Assembly (NCBI GenBank): GCA_965644265.1 | Contig: OZ286471.1 | Span: 53,382,001 to 53,446,000, forward strand | From: Glycera tridactyla | Taxonomy: Eukaryota | Direction of reading: 5' to 3' | DNA length: 64,000 bases | Part shown: piece after piece, positions 24,701 to 64,000 of the stretch | Layout of the letters: each line of letters opens with the position of its first letter | How positions within the stretch are numbered: the stretch's first letter is position 1 | Translations under genes and position numbers: made by a program | The notes under the pieces: generated by a model | Told to the model about the DNA's origin: nothing | Seen by the model: the letters and a program-made list of their open reading frames with translations, nothing else | The model's database searches: none

Positions 24701-25211
24701 TTTCATAAATGCCTCAGTCAAGATGTGAACTGTTCATTTTGTAACAAACGTCTATCTAACGACGCTATTATTTTGTGCTGTGAGAGGAGTAGAGGGGATG
24801 TGTGCAGAGGTACACGATTCAACGAAGATTCATGAGGACTTATGAATCTTTTGCGAATTAGATCAGATTGAAATTGAGCTCGCTGAAGAGAGATTTCGCT
24901 ATCATCTTGGTGTAAGAAAATGTGATCCCGATGAGGTGTTGCCCACCACAGCGCCAAATATATGTCGATTTCACACTGTTATTATAGCGAGCTGGCGGTC
25001 ACATCCTCGCCGTTTCACGCATAGAGATCAGTCAACAATGTCAGCAGATTCGCTGTACAGTTCTCTATTTCCAAAGTTGACATATATTACTTCAACAGTG
25101 AGCAGTAAAATTAACATATTTTTGTTTTTGTTACAGGAACAGTACAAGCTCCTCCACGAACTGGCTATCCAGTATTTAGAAGGATTCGAAGATTATGCAA
25201 ACTTCCGCTAG
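3308..25211 (+). CDS. Receptor-type protein-tyrosine phosphatase, RPTP-alpha/epsilon-like (EGF-TM-D1-D2), 19 exons, about 754 aa
   Basis: Exons 3308-3509, 4467-4572, 5139-5179, 5773-6008, 6659-6746, 7644-7714, 11939-11993, 12417-12514, 12996-13118, 15064-15209, 16229-16364, 17208-17357, 19465-19564, 21615-21688, 22265-22402, 23306-23440, 23777-23931, 24484-24619, 25137-25211. All are GT-AG bounded with matching phases and sum to 2265 nt. Classical PTP motifs appear in order twice. The 5' end is uncertain. Confidence 0.92.
4467..4572 (+). CDS. RPTP transmembrane exon
   Basis: ttacag|(E)[35 protein letters not shown]|gtgcgt; phase 1 to 2. Confidence 0.9.
5139..5179 (+). CDS. RPTP stop-transfer exon
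   Basis: ttccag|(W)[13 protein letters not shown]|gtaaga; basic residues follow the TM; phase 2 to 1. Confidence 0.85.
5773..6008 (+). CDS. RPTP juxtamembrane exon
   Basis: ESQVNQPP...[26 protein letters not shown]|gtaggt; phase 1 to 0. Confidence 0.88.
6659..6746 (+). CDS. RPTP D1 exon, pTyr-recognition loop
   Basis: ttttcag|[29 protein letters not shown](Y)|gttagt. Confidence 0.9.
7644..7714 (+). CDS. RPTP D1 exon (DHSRV, YINAN)
   Basis: ggcag|(Y)[23 protein letters not shown]|gtaagt. Confidence 0.93.
8152..8188 (+). CDS. Candidate alternative 37-nt D1 exon
   Basis: acttttttcag|[12 protein letters not shown](G)|gtgagt; phase 0 to 1, the same phases as exon 11939-11993. Confidence 0.5.
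10222..10246 (+). CDS. Candidate 25-nt micro-exon in the D1 intron
   Basis: ttttacttttgattacag|GAGATGCCAAATGGTGCACAGAAAG|gtgggc; open in all three frames. Confidence 0.3.
11939..11993 (+). CDS. RPTP D1 exon (YIAAQG)
   Basis: cttacag|[18 protein letters not shown](G)|gtaatt. Confidence 0.88.
12417..12514 (+). CDS. RPTP D1 exon (GP..T..DF..MIW..IVMVT)
   Basis: [33 protein letters not shown]|gtatgt. Confidence 0.93.
12560..12735 (+). repeat. (CTGT)n microsatellite
   Basis: Direct reading. Confidence 0.9.
12996..13118 (+). CDS. RPTP D1 exon (KC..YWP)
   Basis: [41 protein letters not shown]|gtgagt. Confidence 0.93.
13245..13407 (+). repeat. (GGTT)n/(GGAT)n microsatellite running into an N block
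   Basis: Direct reading; similar arrays at 300-340, 1749-1794, 15300-15640, 22600-22930, 25440-25760 and 28050-28200. Confidence 0.9.
15064..15209 (+). CDS. RPTP D1 exon (WPD loop, VHC)
   Basis: [48 protein letters not shown](S)|gtgagt. Confidence 0.95.
16229..16364 (+). CDS. RPTP D1 exon (P-loop SAGVGRTG, first half of Q-loop)
   Basis: [46 protein letters not shown]|gtgagt. Confidence 0.95.
16356..16741 (+). repeat. Minisatellite of about 51 bp, 8 units, starting inside PTP exon 16229-16364
   Basis: Unit caaaccctggtgagtgaataacaccgtctgattg(c/a)atgtaatggaatcagt; unit 5 is truncated. Confidence 0.95.
17208..17357 (+). CDS. RPTP exon: end of D1 and linker
   Basis: [50 protein letters not shown]|gtaaaa. 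Confidence 0.93.
17720..17903 (-). mobile_element. tRNA-derived SINE
   Basis: Minus strand 17903-17832 has an A-box TGGCTCAGTGG and a B-box GGTTCGATCCC in a tRNA-like head with an imperfect acceptor stem; (ATTTCC)3 tail at 17724-17742. Confidence 0.65.
18858..19137 (+). repeat. 147-bp tandem duplication (diverged)
   Basis: atcaacttgcaagcgaattgtgtcatac...tctatatttcgaaaa at 18858 and 19005. Confidence 0.9.
19465..19564 (+). CDS. RPTP D2 exon (KNR)
   Basis: [33 protein letters not shown]|gtacgt. Confidence 0.9.
20241..20660 (+). repeat. Perfect 210-bp tandem duplication
   Basis: 20241-20450 is identical to 20451-20660; TTC microhomology at the junctions. Confidence 0.95.
21416..21521 (-). mobile_element. 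Best-preserved copy of a dispersed repeat of about 100 bp, probably a SINE 3' end (about 18 copies in the window)
   Basis: Consensus read on +: (ggtt)n tttaacgtcacgtgggcatcatctgggctatattgagacGCCCATgcaATGGGCatgggtgggatcattcaagactcctccttctggatccccaacggaag. Other copies near 60, 378, 1380, 2411, 3676, 3744, 3904, 4098, 5558, 6133, 7883, 9241, 9878, 12829, 21060, 21938, 24150, 25773 and 61844. Confidence 0.6.
21615..21688 (+). CDS. RPTP D2 exon (YINA)
   Basis: (K)[24 protein letters not shown]|gtaagt. Confidence 0.92.
22265..22402 (+). CDS. RPTP D2 exon (DFWRMIWE)
   Basis: [46 protein letters not shown]|gtgaat. Confidence 0.92.
23101..23320 (+). repeat. 90-bp tandem repeat spanning an intron/exon acceptor
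   Basis: Units start at 23101, 23191 and 23281; the third contains the real acceptor at 23305. Confidence 0.9.
23306..23440 (+). CDS. RPTP D2 exon (YWP)
   Basis: [45 protein letters not shown]|gtgagt. Confidence 0.9.
23777..23931 (+). CDS. RPTP D2 exon (WPN, IQC)
   Basis: [51 protein letters not shown](R)|gtaagg. Confidence 0.9.
24484..24619 (+). CDS. RPTP D2 exon (degenerate P-loop)
   Basis: [45 protein letters not shown]|gtaagt. Confidence 0.9.
25137..25211 (+). CDS. RPTP terminal exon
   Basis: ttacag|[24 protein letters not shown]. Confidence 0.93.
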   Translation, partial: EQYKLLHELAIQYLEGFEDYANFR

Positions 25212-28200
25212 AGGTCGTTACTGGCCACGGATCTGATTTTCGGCAGCATCTCCTTTATCAGGATACTTGTGATCTTGGTATCTAATCTCGCTGAGAATTA
25301 TATAGAATCCTGGCCACTATGTACATATTCTCAACAACCGAGTGAGATCTGTGAGTAGTAATAGATGAATGGCAACTAGTTACCTCTTCAACTTCCAGGG
25401 ACTAGAGACAAATATTGATCATTTCAAGCTGCTGCCAAACTGACTATTTATCCATCCATCCCTCCCTCGCTCCATCCACCCATCTATCCGAACCTCCCAA
25501 CTATCTAACCACGGACCCATTCATCTCTCCCTCGCTCCATCCACCCATCTATCCAAACACCCAACTATCTAACCACCGGCCCATTCATCCCTCCCTCACT
25601 CCATTCACCCATCTATTCAAACCCTCTCAATTACCTTACAACTCACTCATCCACTCACCTACTCAAACATCTCCCATCCATCAAAACACCAAACAGACTA
25701 TCTACCTCCTTACCTACCTATCCATGCATGTATGCATATTTCCATGCCTTCATCCAAACGCTCCTACATGTGCTATATTGTGACATCCTTGTAATGGGCA
25801 TGGGTGGGATCATTCATGACTCCTACTGCCGCCTCAAAATCCATGAAATCCAGACACTCAAGGTGTTATCAAATAGAGTGTGGAGGGTAGAACACATTTG
25901 AGTATAGTTGACTGGTTATTTTATGCCTGACAATATCAAGACGGAGATTGGTTGATTGTCTAATATATGTAGAGCAATAGCTGAACTTGAGTATTTCATG
26001 TGATGAGCATGGTTGGGAATATGCAAGTCTCTTATTTCTCGGGCTTTGACTGAAAGAAAAATTATATGAAAATCACAGATACTAAAGTTGTCATTTCATG
26101 ACTTGGTTTTTGGCATGGACTCAAGTTGACATTTCTGTGTGAAAGTCACCAACTTGATCATGCCCATCTTACATCTGCCATATTCAAGTATGGATATAGA
26201 GTCATAATCTGGATGTAATTGATTCATCATAGGAGACATACGCTAATTCACACTACCATACATACAATGGAGAAGCCATTTTGATGTTAGCGGGAAAATA
26301 CAAAAATGACATTATCCTTGTCGTCTCTATACTGCATCTCTTCAGTCTGATATCTAAGACACAACAGATTTGAGGTATATTACACTTTATTTTGACAAAA
26401 AATAAGACATAGACTAATATTTTAACAGAAAACATTGATATTTATGTACCTGTATAATACATGCAAAACTAAATACAAATATGTAGAATACAACAAAGTA
26501 TTTGACGATGTACAACAGTTATTTGCATAAAGATACATTAGGAGCTCATGAAACACGATCTGCATCATACTGACATTTCTTAGGAGGATGGTTATTTCCT
26601 TCCGGCATCTATTATGAGGATAATATGATAGGTAGGTAATGGTGGCATTATGGATTATGTAACCGTTCTTGATCTTCATTATTCTACTATCATCTACATT
26701 CTTAAATATGATGAGAATAACGACAAAGATGACATCTATGATAATGAGGAAGAAGTTGATGACAGTGATTTGTTTGGTTTGGTTGAAACTGAATGGCATG
26801 TATCAAAACGGGGGATTATGTATGCAGTGTATCGAAGCTAAATGCTCCCTCCCCTGCAGACATCTCTTTCACAACCCCTAAACACTGGATAATAGGGAAA
26901 CAGAAATGTTGACCAATGTGTTCTGTTGAGAAGTCTGGTAATAATGATGAGGATGATCCTTGATTAAGGAGCCAGTACTACTTTTCTAGCAACGATAATC
27001 ATGATTCGTTCATGATATTGTGATGAAAAAGGCAACAATGTCCATAGAATTGACTGTTTCATATCATGTTCTTCAGCAAATCCTATCAATTGACTGTTTC
27101 ATATCATGTTTTCTTCAGTATATCCCATCAATTAGCTGCACTCATGTCATATCTGATGATGCATGCAATATGAGAGACAACTTTTGATAGAGAGATGTTG
27201 AATCAGATAAGTTGATCATGTGCAACTATTTAAATCAAAAAGTGTGAATCACGAGGCAAATAAATTGATCGAATCAGAAGCTGTTCTGTACAGATTGAGT
27301 TTCTACATCTCATAATTGGGAGCATACCTTGAACAAATGTATATGTAATAGCAGATAAGCCTGATGATTGAAGAGATTATATTTCCAGCTTTCTGACAAT
27401 GAACTGGAAATATTGCCAGAATTTGAACAAACTTGATTCACAGCAAAATATACAGCAAATACAATTTGAGTTCGATTCTGATATATTTCATGGAAGTTGT
27501 CTCAATATTTTGCTCTGAGAATGAAGGGGTCAAAAATGAAATGTCAACCTCAAGCAAACTTTACAATAAATTGACTGCACTTCCACATGTGTGAGATTGT
27601 GTAGCACCAGCTCTTAGATCACATTGTAGCTCACAAGCTACTCGAATTGATTATGTTGAAAATGGAAAGATCTCACATGCAAATTCAGAATATTATCAAT
27701 GATTGCAATGATTAGCCTTCACACATTTGGATTTGTTGAATATGACAGAAACCCCAAGTAGACATGAGGTACCACTTGCGATACGACAAGATATAACAAA
27801 CTGTGAGATGCACATATATAATGCTCTCATGTGAGGTCAGTATTGCTGCCAAATGAGTATGATAGACGAGAAAATTCATGAATAGATATTACACATAAGC
27901 ATCTTCACAGCACCAACATTCAACTTATGCTCATCAATTGACTGATTATCCAATTATTCAATCAATTGTGGGGAGAGAGAATGTTAACAATTGAATCAAT
28001 ACATACACACCTGTACCTATATGCCTTCACACAAGTGAAGCAAAAGATTAATTGATTGGTTGATTGATTGATCAATTGATTGGATGGTTAGTTGGTTGGA
28101 TAGTTCGGCAGTTTGGTAGCCTTGTTGTTTGGATGATATGCCAATTGATTGGTTGATTGGATGGTTATTGGTTGGTTATTGGTTGGATGATTCATCTCGA

Positions 28201-30085
28201 GAGCATATTTTTTTACGTTAGGTATGATTTCCAGTGGGTTAAGAGCTGGATGGTTTGACCCCTGCAAGCATCAGTACGAAGTGATCCTGAATATATATGG
28301 CTTGAGACGGGGGGATCAAGATCTCAGAAGATTATATTATGGGGACAAAGATGCGGGAAAATTCAAATGGATTAATTAAAAGNNNNNNNNNNNNNNNNNN
28401 NNNNNNNNNNNNNNNNNNNNNNNNNNNNNNNNNNNNNNNNNNNNNNNNNNNNNNNNNNNNNNNNNNNNNNNNNNNNNNNNNNNNNNNNNNNNNNNNNNNN
28501 NNNNNNNNNNNCTACTGGAAATATTTACATATGGATTTCGCAGAAAGCTGACACTCCTGATTGCAATGATTTGCCCATAGCATTGAGCTTGGAAGAAGGT
28601 AACAGTTGAGCTCCATAGAGCTCATAATTGGTCAGATTTTAGCATACTCCACGATGGGTGGATATTACTGAAAAGATTCATTCGACTGGATAAATGTCAC
28701 TTACTGTCGATGGTTTCGACTATGTATCAAGAAAACTTCATACATCTAATATGGGTGGATATTGCCTAACACTTTTGTAATAATGTTAAACTCTGGATGC
28801 GGCACTAGAACTGGTGTGGCCAGGAGCTTCTTTGTGCAAGGTGACAATACTGCAAGGCAGACCAACAGTCAATCACACCCATAACTCAGGCTAATTACTT
28901 CAACAATGTAAATTTTGCAGAGATCAAAACATAGATTCCTACTTCAACTCCTCGTCAATCAATCCACTTGAGAAAGAACTGCAATGGAACATTGCTACTG
29001 CCATCCAAAGATCTGTACCAGATCAGCTGGTAAACCGCTACAGGGACTGTGGAAGAATACCCATAGAGTCTAACCAAGGGAGATTCTGAGCAGTATTTTT
29101 CTAAGTAGCATGACATATTAATTATCACCATATGGTTTGATCATTAAATTTCTAACAATGCTACTGCATACTTGTCAAAACATCAGTGAGGAATTGATTT
29201 CATGCATAAACTGGCTTTCTGAATAAAGTTCTCATAAATTCCAGGCAATTGTGCATTCATGGTGAAGGTAGGCCAGGTGACTGATAATAATGAGATTGAA
29301 TGAGACACTGAATGTCTTGCTTTGTGATGAAGATCACTGCAAAGAATCCATCCACAAGCTATTGGGATATTTCATATTGGGAATAGTATTCATCTTAGAC
29401 TGTATTTTTGTGATAGCATTACAGTAAATGCATGTTTCTCTGTCAGGAACTCAACCATCTCACAGTAACAAACACAGAGATTGTTAATGATATCTGTATA
29501 GTCTCTAACAAACATGACCTGCATTGCACTCATCTACAAAGAGCATGTCAAGTATACACTAATCAAGTAAAAATTACACTAAGGAAAAGTTCAGATCCAG
29601 GCTCATTCGTTCATATGTCCCTCTCTCACTCCGCACAAGTAACATACATAACTTTCAACCATCCATTCTTGTAAATGTAGTGCATTCACTCACTATTTCA
29701 TACACAAAATGATACATTCTGACATAATAAATTAACTTTGCAAGCTGCTTACTATGCATACAAGAATAAAACATGATACATTCACAACTCCCTCTCTCGA
29801 TCCCATGGAGCAAACCTAATAAGTCTTCATCCAGTTAGTGTTTCAGGAGACTTCCATTCATTACAGGCTCATCTCCGCAATGTTTTGCAGGATCTGAACT
29901 GAACCAGGCAAGATACATCACAAAAAACATTCCCAGCTGTATCAGGTGTGTACTCGGTATTTGCTTGTATGCTCTGCTGAGGACTTCCTTGTAATGCAGA
30001 CATAGCCAGTGGTCACACTGGTCGGGGCAGCTCGCTGTGATCAACGTGATGAGATTGAAGATAACGATACTGACATCTGCCGCTC

Positions 30086-63665
<33,580 letters not shown>

Positions 63666-64000
63666 CTGACAGAACACAAGAAAAACAAAATATAAGCTCT
63701 CAAACATACACAGTTACCTGAGAGGCTCTGGTCACATGTTAGGCTGAATCTAATATTACCGCCACAGTTGGTGGGAACATTTCAAAGATGACACAATCTC
63801 AGAATTACCAATGCGCAATTTCAAACCTTGACCAAGAACATGTACACACATACAGACTCATTCTGTGAGCTCCTTAACCTGTTCATGTCCACATCCCTAT
63901 TCCTTGAACGGACTACTGATATTCCAACTCTACAGTCTTAATCGTACATTGATATTCAACAGGTTCATACCTACCCACTACTATTAAAGTTGAAATAATC

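Noticed and set aside
26650-26841. Acidic ORF (YDENNDKDDIYDNEEEVDD)
   Set aside because: Low-complexity GAT/GAA-rich sequence with no splice context.
402-28511. ORF-track entries spanning N blocks or microsatellites
   Set aside because: Artefacts of masked bases and simple repeats.

Overview
AT-rich invertebrate genomic DNA (plausibly a lophotrochozoan; this is inference) with several N-masked or gap blocks, most of them next to microsatellites. Two multi-exon genes converge tail-to-tail. (1) On the + strand (3308-25211) is a receptor protein-tyrosine phosphatase. I traced 19 phase-consistent exons, 2265 nt, about 754 aa: one EGF-like module, a TM helix, an intact D1 ([14 protein letters not shown]-loop), a degenerate D2 and a C-terminal YANF motif like RPTP-alpha/epsilon. 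(2) On the - strand (>63665 to about 30086) is a MEGF6-like gene. 21 EGF exons encode 24 laminin-type EGF repeats with no TM segment, followed by a short tail whose frame is ambiguous; the 5' end lies outside the window. One MEGF6 intron holds an apparently intact antisense CR1/L2-group LINE with three coding units (ORF1, a separate SGNH esterase, EN-RT ORF2). The introns also carry SINE remnants, pogo-, hAT- and piggyBac-like MITEs, a 184-bp-arm palindrome, and two minisatellites built from splice junctions. All exon calls are manual translations with GT/AG and phase checks; no database search was run.
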